From the IMG/VR virus record IMGVR_UViG_3300010885_018971, positions 1 through 64,000 of that record: a stretch of DNA of 64,000 nucleotides; one strand, given 5' to 3'. A model generated the notes under the pieces. The model was not told the DNA's origin. It saw only the letters and a list, made by a program, of their open reading frames with translations, and searched no databases. Shown here in pieces: positions 35,151-44,928 of the stretch. This DNA is from a virus. The first letter of the stretch is position 1, and every line of letters begins with the position of its first letter. A program made the position numbers and the translations under genes.

Positions 35151-35666
35151 ATGAGATGTGCCGTACTCTGTAATGGACCAAGTCGTAGTCTTTACGTACC
35201 ATCTACAGAGTACGGATTTGTCATGGGTTGTAATATACCATGGACTACAGTTGATGCAACTATAGTTCTTGATGAAGAGGTAGTTAGGTTGTGGGCAAAG
35301 AAACCAGATCTAATTACAGTTCCAACATATTTTTCAGTTAAAGCATGGCAAGAAACTGATGCAATAAAGAAACGTGATTTCTTTAGACCATTTTTAGTTA
35401 AAACAATAACTCCAAAATATCCATATCATTCTAGTGGACATAATGCTGTTGAACAGGTTATTACCAAAGGTTATACGAACATAGATATATTTGGATGTGA
35501 TTCTTGGTTTAGTAAAGTAGGAAGATCTTATACAAGAACGCATATTAAAGAAGGTGGAATCGTTGATGGAGATATGAGACATATCGAAGGATGGCGCACC
35601 CGATGGAAAGAAATAATGGACAAACATTCAGAAGTAACATTAAATTTTATAGGGGAAACTAAATGA
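35151..35666 (+). CDS. Rossmann-like, Maf/sialyltransferase-like protein
   Basis: NGPS, GCN, SSG..A, G...I.IFG.D. Confidence 0.55.
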   Translation: MRCAVLCNGPSRSLYVPSTEYGFVMGCNIPWTTVDATIVLDEEVVRLWAKKPDLITVPTYFSVKAWQETDAIKKRDFFRPFLVKTITPKYPYHSSGHNAVEQVITKGYTNIDIFGCDSWFSKVGRSYTRTHIKEGGIVDGDMRHIEGWRTRWKEIMDKHSEVTLNFIGETK

Positions 35667-35851
35667 AACATTTACTAGCAATTATAGCAATGGCTGTTGC
35701 TTCTACTGCATTTGCAGCTGAGCCAGCGAAGAAAGAACCAGCGAAGAAAGTTGAGAAGTGCATTCCTAGCAAAGAAGTAGTTTGTCAGGATTCTTTGAAA
35801 GGCAAAGAGCGTCCTACACCAAAGAAGAAAAAAGAAGAAACTACTAAATAA
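35663..35851 (+). CDS. Secreted Lys-rich small protein
   Basis: Signal peptide ending AFA; two Cys. Confidence 0.65.
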   Translation: MKHLLAIIAMAVASTAFAAEPAKKEPAKKVEKCIPSKEVVCQDSLKGKERPTPKKKKEETTK

Positions 35852-35912
35852 TTCGTGGGTTGTAGGTACCCAATAAAACCTTCATTACACAACACACAAA
35901 AAGGAGTAAATT

Positions 35913-36188
35913 ATGTCAAATTTGACACCATTCGAGATTCGCCTTGAATTACTAAAAATGGCGAAAGACATGCTTAACGATGAGTATTACGGTAAGCGTG
36001 AAGTAATTAGCAACGACTGGCAAACTAAAGTCGAATCTGCTAAAATCAATGGAGGCACGATTCCTGATCATCCAGGATTCCCTGCTATCCCATCTGAACA
36101 CGATATCATTGCTAAGGCGCAAGTCTTAAATGGTTTCGTTTCAAACGTCCCCACAACAATAGAAAAGACTAGCAAGAAGTCTACCTAA
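35913..36188 (+). CDS. Hypothetical protein (PFEIRLELLKMA)
   Basis: AAGGAG RBS. Confidence 0.75.
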   Translation: MSNLTPFEIRLELLKMAKDMLNDEYYGKREVISNDWQTKVESAKINGGTIPDHPGFPAIPSEHDIIAKAQVLNGFVSNVPTTIEKTSKKST

Positions 36189-36245
36189 TACGGGATTGGG
36201 AGGACTTGCTCACGCAAGTTTTCCCTTAACTAATTAAGGAGAAAT

Positions 36246-36761
36246 ATGCGAGTATATTTAAAAATACTTCTAATAATTACAACGATGGTAGGTGCCACTG
36301 CATATGTGACATCCATACCTCAAGAACAAAAATTATTCAATGTCAGATATAAAGAACTAACATCTGATGTAAGAAAACAAATTGATTGTCTTGCAGATAA
36401 CATTTACTTCGAAGCAGGACATGAACCAGAAGAAGGCAAAATTGCAGTTGCCTTGGTTACACTTAATAGAACGCAAGATCCTAGGTTTCCAAAAGAAATT
36501 TGCTCTGTAGTCAAACAGAAGGTAAACTTAGTGTGTCAGTTCTCTTGGATCTGTGAACCCATGAAAGCAATAAAACATAATGATGTATACAGAAAGTCTC
36601 AAGATGTGGCTTTGCATGTATATGCTAATTATGAAATGATTGATGACATTACAAATGGTGCACTTTACTACCATGCAGACTACGTGAATCCAGGATGGAA
36701 GTTGAAAAAGACTAAAGTCATTGGCCGACATATTTTTTATAAAGAAGGCAGTAAAATCTAA
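36246..36761 (+). CDS. SleB-like cell wall hydrolase (Hydrolase_2)
   Basis: CLA.NIYFEA..E, V.LNR, CQFSW, GALYYHADYV.P.W, IGRHIFY. Confidence 0.9.
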   Translation: MRVYLKILLIITTMVGATAYVTSIPQEQKLFNVRYKELTSDVRKQIDCLADNIYFEAGHEPEEGKIAVALVTLNRTQDPRFPKEICSVVKQKVNLVCQFSWICEPMKAIKHNDVYRKSQDVALHVYANYEMIDDITNGALYYHADYVNPGWKLKKTKVIGRHIFYKEGSKI

Positions 36762-37321
36762 TGATGAACAAATTAAACCTCCAGCTGAATGAATCTTCTG
36801 ATTCTAGGCATTCGTTTTTTCTATTGATGGAGGAAATTACTCTTGCTACATGTAAGCAAGCAGTTGAGTGGATATTCGAAGCCAACTTTGCTGAAGAAAC
36901 ACCTGACCGATTAAATATGGTCATAACTTCTCCAGGTGGTGATTTGAATGCCGCATTTGCTTTGGTTGATACCATGCGTGGATCTTCCATTCCAATTCGA
37001 ACAATTGGACTTGGACAGATTGCTTCAGCTGGACTTATGATTTTCATTGCTGGTGAAGCAGGACAGCGTATTCTTACACCGAATACTTCTATCTTGTCAC
37101 ATCAGTACTCATGGGGTGCTTTTGGTAAGGAGCATGAGTTGTTTGCACAAATTAAAGAATTTGACTTGACAACCAAACGTATGATTGCTCATTACAAAAA
37201 ATGCACTGGATTAAAAGAAGATCAGATTCGTGAATACTTATTGCCACCACAAGATGTTTGGCTGAGTGCTCAAGAAGCTAAAAAATTAGGACTATGCGAT
37301 GACGTTAAAGAACTTAAGTAA
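36761..37321 (+). CDS. clpP: ClpP-like protease proteolytic subunit
   Basis: SPGG, G..ASAG (Ser), SHQ (His), D.WLSA.EA...GL.D. Confidence 0.88.
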   Translation: MMNKLNLQLNESSDSRHSFFLLMEEITLATCKQAVEWIFEANFAEETPDRLNMVITSPGGDLNAAFALVDTMRGSSIPIRTIGLGQIASAGLMIFIAGEAGQRILTPNTSILSHQYSWGAFGKEHELFAQIKEFDLTTKRMIAHYKKCTGLKEDQIREYLLPPQDVWLSAQEAKKLGLCDDVKELK

Positions 37322-37490
37322 ATTTGTTCGTTATTCTGGAATTTGGGTTAGTTTCGTACTTAACCCTTATCATTGGAGACTTGAATTTAAATTCATGCAT
37401 CCAGATGAGTTGAATCCAAACATGCGTGGATTCTTTGTTTCACTTTTACCCTTAACAGTAAGAGTGGTTGTTGATGATGGAACTTGGTAA
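37299..37490 (+). CDS. Hypothetical protein
   Basis: Coupled ORF. Confidence 0.55.
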   Translation: MTLKNLSKFVRYSGIWVSFVLNPYHWRLEFKFMHPDELNPNMRGFFVSLLPLTVRVVVDDGTW

Positions 37491-37493
37491 ATT

Positions 37494-37715
37494 ATGGAGA
37501 ACTCTTTGAATAAAAATCTGTTAACTCTAGTTATTGGGATAGTTATGATTGCAACGACTTTAATCGGTTGTTTGACGTACTATCATTTGAATCAGTTGCA
37601 AGCGATGAAATCCAACATAGAATCTGCAATCGTCAAGGGAATCGACCCAGTTGCAGTTAGGTGTTCGTACGACTCGAATACTACGGTCTGTGCCCTCTAC
37701 GCGAGTCGAAAATAA
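37494..37715 (+). CDS. Single-TM small protein
   Basis: TM then GIDP..VRC. Confidence 0.65.
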   Translation: MENSLNKNLLTLVIGIVMIATTLIGCLTYYHLNQLQAMKSNIESAIVKGIDPVAVRCSYDSNTTVCALYASRK

Positions 37716-37716
37716 T

Positions 37717-37777
37717 CCCCCCAGATCCGTAGGGCATCAAAATATCCCTTTACTTTAATTCAAAAATAGGGTATAAT
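37717..37777 (+). promoter_or_regulatory. Early promoter with dyad
   Basis: CCCC-N9-AGGG; TTTACT 37749, 17 bp, TATAAT 37772. Confidence 0.82.
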
Positions 37778-37805
37778 TATATTATGGGAGTGAACTGGAA
37801 ACACT

Positions 37806-38147
37806 ATGCAAATGATACGTACCTCGTTTAAGAAGCTGAAGCCACGCAAGCCGAATGCAAAGCAACGTGACCTCGATAAGTCTTGGGAAGACCTGCTTAA
37901 GAAATATGAGCCCAAGAAGCCGATGACGAAATCGTCGGATGAGTTCTCATATTCACTTGGAAAATCTGCTCGTCGTGAGACGCCTAAGATTCCAAGTCTT
38001 CCATTCACTGGTGGACCATGCACAAAAGCACCAGACAAAGTTTATACTGGAACTATGATGAAGGGTATTGGTACGATGCATAAGTCAAATGCTGTTCCAA
38101 TTTTTAGTGATGAAGAAGCAGTTGCTATTGCAACAATGAGGAGATGA
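37806..38147 (+). CDS. Basic hypothetical protein (GIGTMHKSNAVP)
   Basis: ORF after promoter. Confidence 0.75.
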   Translation: MQMIRTSFKKLKPRKPNAKQRDLDKSWEDLLKKYEPKKPMTKSSDEFSYSLGKSARRETPKIPSLPFTGGPCTKAPDKVYTGTMMKGIGTMHKSNAVPIFSDEEAVAIATMRR

Positions 38148-38338
38148 TTATGAAAGAGTTTTGCGTTAACTGTGCTGAGAAAGAAGCCCAACTTGAAATA
38201 CTTAACCAAAAGTATGAAAGAGAAATGCAGTGTATGCGTGAACAACTGAACAAAGCAAAAAGTGAAAATGAAGCACTTTCGCTTGATGTTGCTTTTTATG
38301 GTGGCAACATCACAAACTTGTCTTGCAATGGAAAATAA
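38144..38338 (+). CDS. Coiled-coil hypothetical protein
   Basis: GAGGAG RBS. Confidence 0.6.
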   Translation: MIMKEFCVNCAEKEAQLEILNQKYEREMQCMREQLNKAKSENEALSLDVAFYGGNITNLSCNGK

Positions 38339-38352
38339 GGTATAATTATATT

Positions 38353-38619
38353 ATGAATCCGAACTACACCAAAATCGTATCCTGTGCCTCTGACCGTAAT
38401 CCAGTTGGCATTCAAAACATCTACGTTGAACTCCTCACTGATCGCATGAAGTTAGATAAATTCTTCTCCATGTATCTTGATAAGTTTGAACGTAAGATGG
38501 ATCCCGACAAAACTAATACACCTATCTGGGCTCTTTACAAAAAGAAACTCAAAGAATATGGTGACCTACAACAAGCCATTAAAGTGGCTGAATACTATCT
38601 AAAGAAAAGTTATGTTTAA
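38353..38619 (+). CDS. Hypothetical protein (leaderless)
   Basis: TTGTCT-17-TATAAT then ATG 6 nt later. Confidence 0.65.
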   Translation: MNPNYTKIVSCASDRNPVGIQNIYVELLTDRMKLDKFFSMYLDKFERKMDPDKTNTPIWALYKKKLKEYGDLQQAIKVAEYYLKKSYV

Positions 38620-38827
38620 AAATTCAAACGAATTTTCACTTCACATTGAACAGTTAGTCAAAGAGAAACGAATCAATCACATGGACGCTGTACTTGAATA
38701 CTGTAAAGATAATTTCCTTGAACCAGGAGATGTTTCAAAACTTATCAATAAGTCTCTTAAGGATAAAATTGAGATGAACTTTCGTGAATTGAATTACTTA
38801 CCCAAACAGGCTCAATTGGATGTTTAA
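38612..38827 (+). CDS. 33: gp33 late transcription coactivator
   Basis: F...IE, DAVL.YC, LI...LK.KI, LNYL; 33-59-32 synteny. Confidence 0.88.
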   Translation: MFKNSNEFSLHIEQLVKEKRINHMDAVLEYCKDNFLEPGDVSKLINKSLKDKIEMNFRELNYLPKQAQLDV

Positions 38828-39441
38828 TGGACGGATTTAAGGCATATAAGTATTACATTGCAATTAAACTACACTTCACAAAAGATTCCTTTGATGTTTT
38901 CAAAAATCGTGGAACAGTCAAAGGTACTCGTGAAGCATTTAACGCAAGAAACGATAGATACATGTTTGAGAAGTTAGCTCGTAAATACCCAGTCGATAAA
39001 GATCTGATTCAGTTCTATGTTGCAAACTACGCTTATGGTAATGAAAATGTTATATATGCAATTGAAGAAGCTGACTCATACCTTATGGAATGGAATAAAC
39101 GTAAACAATCTATCACCAAGATCTTTGCAGATGATCTAAATAAGATCTTGATGGATGCATACAAACGCAAACTTAAAGAACCATCTATTTTAAATTTTAC
39201 TTTAAATCAATATCCAAGTATACTTAACCTATACCTTGGAAAACAAATTGGGATTGAAACTCTTAGGATCTTAGATGACGTAGCTACTTTAATTCAACCA
39301 TGGAAAGAAAATGCTTCCATGACTCTGCTTTGGGAAAATGAAATACGCAGAGTTGAAAAAGCAAAAGGGTTTGTTAAATATGATAAAGAAAAAACTGAAA
39401 ATCTTTATCAAGAGTTCTTGAAAGAAATCAAAGAGTTGTAA
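38827..39441 (+). CDS. 59: gp59 helicase loader
   Basis: Y..YIAIKLHF....D; synteny. Confidence 0.88.
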   Translation: MDGFKAYKYYIAIKLHFTKDSFDVFKNRGTVKGTREAFNARNDRYMFEKLARKYPVDKDLIQFYVANYAYGNENVIYAIEEADSYLMEWNKRKQSITKIFADDLNKILMDAYKRKLKEPSILNFTLNQYPSILNLYLGKQIGIETLRILDDVATLIQPWKENASMTLLWENEIRRVEKAKGFVKYDKEKTENLYQEFLKEIKEL

Positions 39442-39442
39442 A

Positions 39443-39661
39443 ATGGGTAAGACATTTTTAAAGAATCCGAAGCGATTCGATGACGAGATTCCTGGCCAGC
39501 GTTCTGGGAAAAACAGTAAGCATTCCAATGGGAAGAAAACTGGTGGTATGAAAACGCTAAATAGTTATGTTGAAGATTATGATGATCCTTTCGAGGATGA
39601 ATTTGAAATTAAAGATGAGATTTTCATAAAACATACTAAACAAAACGACGATACTAATTAA
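39443..39661 (+). CDS. Hypothetical protein between 59 and 32
   Basis: ORF track. Confidence 0.6.
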   Translation: MGKTFLKNPKRFDDEIPGQRSGKNSKHSNGKKTGGMKTLNSYVEDYDDPFEDEFEIKDEIFIKHTKQNDDTN

Positions 39662-39685
39662 TACTTTTATACAAAGGAAATACAA

Positions 39686-40600
39686 ATGGATATTCAAACA
39701 CTCCGCAAAATGCGTTCTTCTGACTTCGGCAAAATCGCTGGAGAATTCGAGAAAATCGCAAATCCCCAAACCCAATCTAAGTCATATGCTGACGATCGCT
39801 TCTGGAAACTTGAAGGCGACAAAGCAGGTAATGGTACAGCCACCATTCGTTTTCTACCACGTGTAGAAGGTGATGAGTTGCCATGGGTTCGTATCTTTTC
39901 TCATGGTTTCCAAGGACCAACTGGTAAGTGGTACATTGAGAACTCACTAACTACTCTTGGTGAGAATGATCCTGTTGGTGAATTGAACACCAAACTTTGG
40001 AATTCAGGTTCTGACGCAAACAAGAAAATTGCTCAGGCTCAGAAACGTCGCCTATCTTTCATTGCCAATGTTTTGATCGTATCTGATCCAAAGCATCCTG
40101 AGAATGAAGGTCAGGTTAAGTTGTTTAAGTTCGGTAAGAAAATCTTTGACAAGATCATGGATAAGGCTCGCCCAACTTATGAAGACGAGACACCTGTAAA
40201 TGTGTTTGACTTGTGGGAAGGTGCTAACTTCAAACTGCGCATGCGCAAGAAAGATGGTTACACTAATTATGATGAGTCTTCATTCCAAGATCCTTCAGCT
40301 ATCACTGAGGATGAAGAAAAGATGTTGGCTATTGTAAATGCTCAAACTAAATTGTCTGAGTTTACAGATCGCAAGAACTTTAAATCTTATGATGAGTTGA
40401 AGAAAAAACTTGAAGAAGTTCTTTCTGGTGATGCGTTCTCTTCAAAATCTGCTGCTGAGATTGCTGAAGAAGAAGATCGTCCAGTGGCTGCTGCACCACA
40501 GATTAAATCTGTTCCAGCACCAAAGTCAAAGGAAGTCTCTTTGACTGATGACGATGAAGACGTAATGTCTTACTTTAAGAAAATCGCTCAAGAAAATTGA
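39686..40600 (+). CDS. 32: gp32 single-stranded DNA-binding protein
   Basis: DDRFWK, GNG.A.IRFLP, HGF, WYIEN, GKKIFDKI, GANFKL, acidic tail. Confidence 0.96.
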   Translation: MDIQTLRKMRSSDFGKIAGEFEKIANPQTQSKSYADDRFWKLEGDKAGNGTATIRFLPRVEGDELPWVRIFSHGFQGPTGKWYIENSLTTLGENDPVGELNTKLWNSGSDANKKIAQAQKRRLSFIANVLIVSDPKHPENEGQVKLFKFGKKIFDKIMDKARPTYEDETPVNVFDLWEGANFKLRMRKKDGYTNYDESSFQDPSAITEDEEKMLAIVNAQTKLSEFTDRKNFKSYDELKKKLEEVLSGDAFSSKSAAEIAEEEDRPVAAAPQIKSVPAPKSKEVSLTDDDEDVMSYFKKIAQEN

Positions 40601-40616
40601 TTGATTGATGCTTAGC

Positions 40617-40643
40617 AAAAAGCCACCGAAAGGTGGCTTTTTT
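40617..40643. terminator. Bidirectional intrinsic terminator
   Basis: AAAAAGCCACC-GAAA-GGTGGCTTTTTT between convergent genes. Confidence 0.93.
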
Positions 40644-40646
40644 CAT

Positions 40647-43172
40647 TTAGTAGGCTCCGTACCTACTTCCAATATATTTGTTATAAGATCCCTCTTCATT
40701 TCTATATGGAGATTTTATAATATTTGATTGATTGGTTGTATTATTAACCGTAGTTGGTGCATTAACAACAGCAGTTCCACCACCACCTCTGGTTGTTAAA
40801 TCTTCTTTAGCTCCACTAACTTCATTTGATTTACCAGCAACAATATTACCAGATGATACTGTTGGAGTTATCGCATTTGCCTTTGTATTAGTTTTCTGTG
40901 CAATAGCCATATCAATCGTGCGAAGTTTCTCTTCATACGATTCAATAGATTGTTGATTCTGAGTTCTTGGTCCAGCAGCAACAGTTTTTTGTCTTAAATC
41001 TTTTAACTGCTCAAGAGTCATGGTGTTTGTAGAACCAGTATCAACCTTTATTGGAGATGCTGCACCTTGTCGTAATGTTCCAGATCCATTACCATCTGGT
41101 GCAACAGTAGCTGCCTTTTCTTGGGCTCTAGCAATGTCTCGTTGTGCTAACATCTGCTGAGGAGATTGTTGACCGCCTGCGCCTTGCGCTTTTCTTGCGA
41201 GAAATTGTTCTCTGGTCAATGTTGTAGTAGGATTTGCAGTTATGAAGTTATCATAGCTATAATCCATAGTTTCTGCTGCAGTTTTTATTGGAGATGTTTT
41301 ATTATCAACACGTCTAGGATCAGTTGCAGCTGCCTCAGCCGAACCTCTTCCTGCCCCAGCAGTACTATTTCCAGCAGGGATTTGTTTAGTTTCAGCTTTA
41401 CCGAATGGATAGAATGGACCAACAGAAACCTTCTGATTAACTACTGGTATTGTAAACCCAATTTCTGGTATGCTAATACTTTGAAGCATACCAATAATAC
41501 TAGCACCCATACCTTTAAAGAAATCAGTAACTGGTTTAAATACTTCACCAATCTTACCAAACGCATCAGTTACAAGACTCCCCAATTGTTTAAGACTATC
41601 AATTGGATGCATTATTAAATCTTGTATCTTCTGTGGAATAAACAATACCATATCCACAAAATCGCTGAATAGTTTCTCGAACGAGAATGAGTCTAACATT
41701 TTTTCAATATTTTTAAACCCAAGTGCTCCAGCTACCCAAGACACAGCATCTTTAATTAGATCAGCAAGGCCAAAGATTAAAGAATTAAATAATCCCTTAA
41801 TGGCTCCACCAATTGCACCAATTAATCCACCTTTCTCAAAACCTTCGAACGCACCCTTAACTGTATCCCAAACTGTCATGATAACAAACAGTGGGAAGAA
41901 TAGTTTCTCAGCAATGACTGCAACCTTACCTATGTATTTACCAAACTTTGATATGTACTCAGAAATGCTACTAAAAATTTTACTTAGGAATTCTGAACCA
42001 CCAATCAATCCTTTTACTGCATCATAGGCTGCAACAAATGGTTTGGTTAACTTAGATAAACCATCTTTGAAACCTTCAATGAACTTTCCGAGTTTAGATT
42101 CTTCACCAAAAGAGAATAGACTCTTTACTTTACCACCCATCTCTTCAAAGAACTTTCCAATACCTTGAAATTTTTCACTTATGAATTTCTTCAATGACTC
42201 TGGAACTAATGTTTCAAAGAATAGTTTAATTGTCTTCACCCATGCGCGAGCAAACCCAATAAGTCCACCAACCAAACCACCGATAAGTAATCCAAGTGTA
42301 CCCAGTCCACCTTCTTCTTCTCCAGGTTTGCCAATATCTTTAGCGTCTTTAGGTTTAGTATTATTGGCAATTATTCTTAGTAATTCTGTTTGAGTTTCTT
42401 CTCGTTTAATTGACTCTAGTTCCAATTCATCAGTTTTGATTGCTGGGTTACCACTCTTAATAACAGACATTGGTGTGTTGCCCATGGGCAATTTCTTTTT
42501 AGAATCAACACCCATCTCCTCAACACGATAATCCATCTTTGCTAGTTTTTGCGTACTAGTCTCTCTAGTCTCAAGAAGTTTCTTGCCTTTAGTAGTATTA
42601 CGTAGCTGTTCTTCAGAGATACCTAACTTAGTAAAATTCTGAATTTCTTTTTCATTTTTAGATATATGTTTCTGTTGCTCTTTGATATCAACAAGTTTAT
42701 TTCTGGCTTCTTGTTCAGTGGTTCCATTTAACTTCATGTCACCTTTAACAAAATTCTTATCAGATTCTCTTCTATTAAGAGCACTATCGATAAAACCACC
42801 ACTACCCTTTTTAACCATGCCCATGGTATCTAGTGTACTTCTTAGACTACCGAATTTATTGGCAAATCCTTCTTTGATTTTTTCAGCAGCAGTCTTTGGT
42901 GTTTTCTCATCAACCATCTTAGCAATGTTCTTAGAAGATTCTTTTGTTAAATCAATTAAATCTTTAATGTTATCGCTAACTTCTTGAGTTGCCTTCAACT
43001 GGTCGTCATTTACAACTTCATCTTCTTTAACTCTATCATCAGCAAGTGCCTTTGATAATTCTGTCAATGCTTTAATTGCAGATAATTGTGTAAGAGATTG
43101 TTGTTGTAGTTCCAGAAGTTTTTTAAACTCACTGGAACTTACGTTAACGACATAGTTTGTGTTTTTTGCCAT
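40647..43172 (-). CDS. Tape-measure-like / baseplate hub (gp29-like) protein
   Basis: 841 aa helical, amphipathic Gly/Phe repeats; follows genes 26 and 51. Confidence 0.65.
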   Translation of the reverse strand: MAKNTNYVVNVSSSEFKKLLELQQQSLTQLSAIKALTELSKALADDRVKEDEVVNDDQLKATQEVSDNIKDLIDLTKESSKNIAKMVDEKTPKTAAEKIKEGFANKFGSLRSTLDTMGMVKKGSGGFIDSALNRRESDKNFVKGDMKLNGTTEQEARNKLVDIKEQQKHISKNEKEIQNFTKLGISEEQLRNTTKGKKLLETRETSTQKLAKMDYRVEEMGVDSKKKLPMGNTPMSVIKSGNPAIKTDELELESIKREETQTELLRIIANNTKPKDAKDIGKPGEEEGGLGTLGLLIGGLVGGLIGFARAWVKTIKLFFETLVPESLKKFISEKFQGIGKFFEEMGGKVKSLFSFGEESKLGKFIEGFKDGLSKLTKPFVAAYDAVKGLIGGSEFLSKIFSSISEYISKFGKYIGKVAVIAEKLFFPLFVIMTVWDTVKGAFEGFEKGGLIGAIGGAIKGLFNSLIFGLADLIKDAVSWVAGALGFKNIEKMLDSFSFEKLFSDFVDMVLFIPQKIQDLIMHPIDSLKQLGSLVTDAFGKIGEVFKPVTDFFKGMGASIIGMLQSISIPEIGFTIPVVNQKVSVGPFYPFGKAETKQIPAGNSTAGAGRGSAEAAATDPRRVDNKTSPIKTAAETMDYSYDNFITANPTTTLTREQFLARKAQGAGGQQSPQQMLAQRDIARAQEKAATVAPDGNGSGTLRQGAASPIKVDTGSTNTMTLEQLKDLRQKTVAAGPRTQNQQSIESYEEKLRTIDMAIAQKTNTKANAITPTVSSGNIVAGKSNEVSGAKEDLTTRGGGGTAVVNAPTTVNNTTNQSNIIKSPYRNEEGSYNKYIGSRYGAY

Positions 43173-43173
43173 T

Positions 43174-43317
43174 TTAATTCTTCTTAGATTCTAAGCGTTG
43201 TTTTTCTTCTTCTAGATGTTGAATCAGCATAGTTACATATATCTCTCTCTCAAATGGTATCATTCCTTCTAATTCTGCCAGTGAGTATTTGTGATACTGC
43301 ATTAAAGCAAAATTCAT
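43174..43317 (-). CDS. 51: gp51-like baseplate hub assembly protein (probably reached by -1 frameshift from gene 26)
   Basis: MNFALMQYHKYSLAELEGMIPFEREIYVTML read by hand. Confidence 0.82.
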   Translation of the reverse strand: MNFALMQYHKYSLAELEGMIPFEREIYVTMLIQHLEEEKQRLESKKN

Positions 43318-43355
43318 TTTATAATGATTAAACAAAGACTCATGTGAGAGATTTA

Positions 43356-44069
43356 TTAAAAAAAACTATCTAGACCCTCCAGAACTTTGTTATGTTGCAG
43401 AGCGCAAACAGGACAGGTATATTTAACCTCTTGTTGCAATCTAGGCATCGTTTCAAAGAACTTCTGAATCTTCGCGAATTGTTGAGATGTTAGATTCTCA
43501 AGGAATTCAATAATGTCAGCTTTGGTTTGTTCTTTTGTATAAAAGAGTTCACTACCATTATAGATTGCTTCAATCGATGCGGAGATAACATTAAATACCG
43601 AATCAATATCAGTTGTATCTACTTTTTCAAGTTGTTTGATAATATTGATTGAAGGATACTTCATGATAACACCAACGTCATCAAAAAGTTCAATTGTTTT
43701 GTTATGACCTTCTGGGAAGGTTACATTAACTTTAGTTAAATCGAATGTAATTTTAACTCTGGCTTTTTCATCTGTGCAAACATCACATGGAAAAACTAGA
43801 TCGACATTTTCTCCAACTGACTTTGCTCTAATTTGAGTGAAGAGATATTCAAGATCAAACGTGGCCAAAGTATCTGCGTTAACTTTGCCATTGGTACAAG
43901 ACTTAACGATTTCTTTTAAGGTATTGACCATGGTCTCAGCATTTTCGCTATGTTGAGCGATTAGAAGTGCCTTTTCTTCTTTGACCAAGAATGGTCTGTA
44001 CTTAATGGATTCCTTTGTTGAAGGAATCACTGTAGTATACATTGGTGAGGTATTAATTGGTAAAGCCAT
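43356..44069 (-). CDS. 26: gp26 baseplate hub assembly chaperone
   Basis: YRPFLVKEEK.LL.A, FDLEYLF..IRAKSVGE, MKYPS, FF.TMP.L, LEGL.SFF. Confidence 0.92.
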   Translation of the reverse strand: MALPINTSPMYTTVIPSTKESIKYRPFLVKEEKALLIAQHSENAETMVNTLKEIVKSCTNGKVNADTLATFDLEYLFTQIRAKSVGENVDLVFPCDVCTDEKARVKITFDLTKVNVTFPEGHNKTIELFDDVGVIMKYPSINIIKQLEKVDTTDIDSVFNVISASIEAIYNGSELFYTKEQTKADIIEFLENLTSQQFAKIQKFFETMPRLQQEVKYTCPVCALQHNKVLEGLDSFF

Positions 44070-44070
44070 T

Positions 44071-44502
44071 TTATGTTTCTCCTTTATTCATATTTTGGAT
44101 CATTTTCGCCAGTTCAGAAGTGCTACCAACAAAGATAGCATTATTCGTAACTGACTTCGCTGCCTCTAATTTCTTTGGGGCATCTAATTTTTGTTTCTGT
44201 TGGTGTATATCCAACAGCTGTTGATTCACGTCAGCAAGTTGTTTCATAAGGTTACCCACAACCTCAAAGGCACGTGGGTGTTCAGATTGTTTAGCTACTT
44301 CCAGAGCATGCATTAAAGCATTCTGGCCAGTAGTTAATAATTCACGAAGATTATTACGAGAGATATCGTAATCGTTTTCAATTTTTGATTCACTGGATTC
44401 AATTATTTCTCCAGTAGAAGCGTCAATCGTTTCACCTTCAGCAGAAGTCTTAGTGATCGTCGGAAGATCAAATACTTCTGATAATCTATCATCAATTTTC
44501 AT
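44071..44502 (-). CDS. 16: gp16 terminase small subunit
   Basis: DY...R.NL, EHPRAFEV, FVGSTSEL. Confidence 0.85.
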   Translation of the reverse strand: MKIDDRLSEVFDLPTITKTSAEGETIDASTGEIIESSESKIENDYDISRNNLRELLTTGQNALMHALEVAKQSEHPRAFEVVGNLMKQLADVNQQLLDIHQQKQKLDAPKKLEAAKSVTNNAIFVGSTSELAKMIQNMNKGET

Positions 44503-44921
44503 TAAAGTTCACCACGTTCCATTAAAATTTTCTTGTTTGCTTGGTGCTCTGTTTGTGTTAAATCTTTGTTTTCACCTTTATATGGAACTGCATAATTATT
44601 TTTTATTAGCCAGTCATTTACTTGTGTTCCATCTTCCAGAATAAAAACACCAAGGATCCTACCAAACTTATCATCATTATTATCTGACCTTTGGGTTTCA
44701 ATAATTTGCCAAGAACCGACAGGAAGTTTTTCTCCCAGTTTCTTTTTAGATAAAAGACCTCTTGGTTTTTCTTCTTTATTCGTAGTTCTAGATTCAGGTG
44801 TATCAATCCCAGCCATGCGAACACGTTGGTTTGCTAATACAATATTAAACCCTAAGTCTAAATCAATATCAACAGTATCACCATCAAGAACTTTATTAAT
44901 TTTACATTTATATTGGTACAT
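44502..44921 (-). CDS. SNase/thermonuclease-like protein
   Basis: DGDTVD, R.AGIDTPE, DKFGRILG. Confidence 0.88.
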   Translation of the reverse strand: MYQYKCKINKVLDGDTVDIDLDLGFNIVLANQRVRMAGIDTPESRTTNKEEKPRGLLSKKKLGEKLPVGSWQIIETQRSDNNDDKFGRILGVFILEDGTQVNDWLIKNNYAVPYKGENKDLTQTEHQANKKILMERGEL

Positions 44922-44928
44922 AATATCC

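Noticed and set aside
35856-35882. preQ1-I riboswitch
   Set aside because: Similar size and topology, but loop consensus is not matched and no queuosine gene follows.
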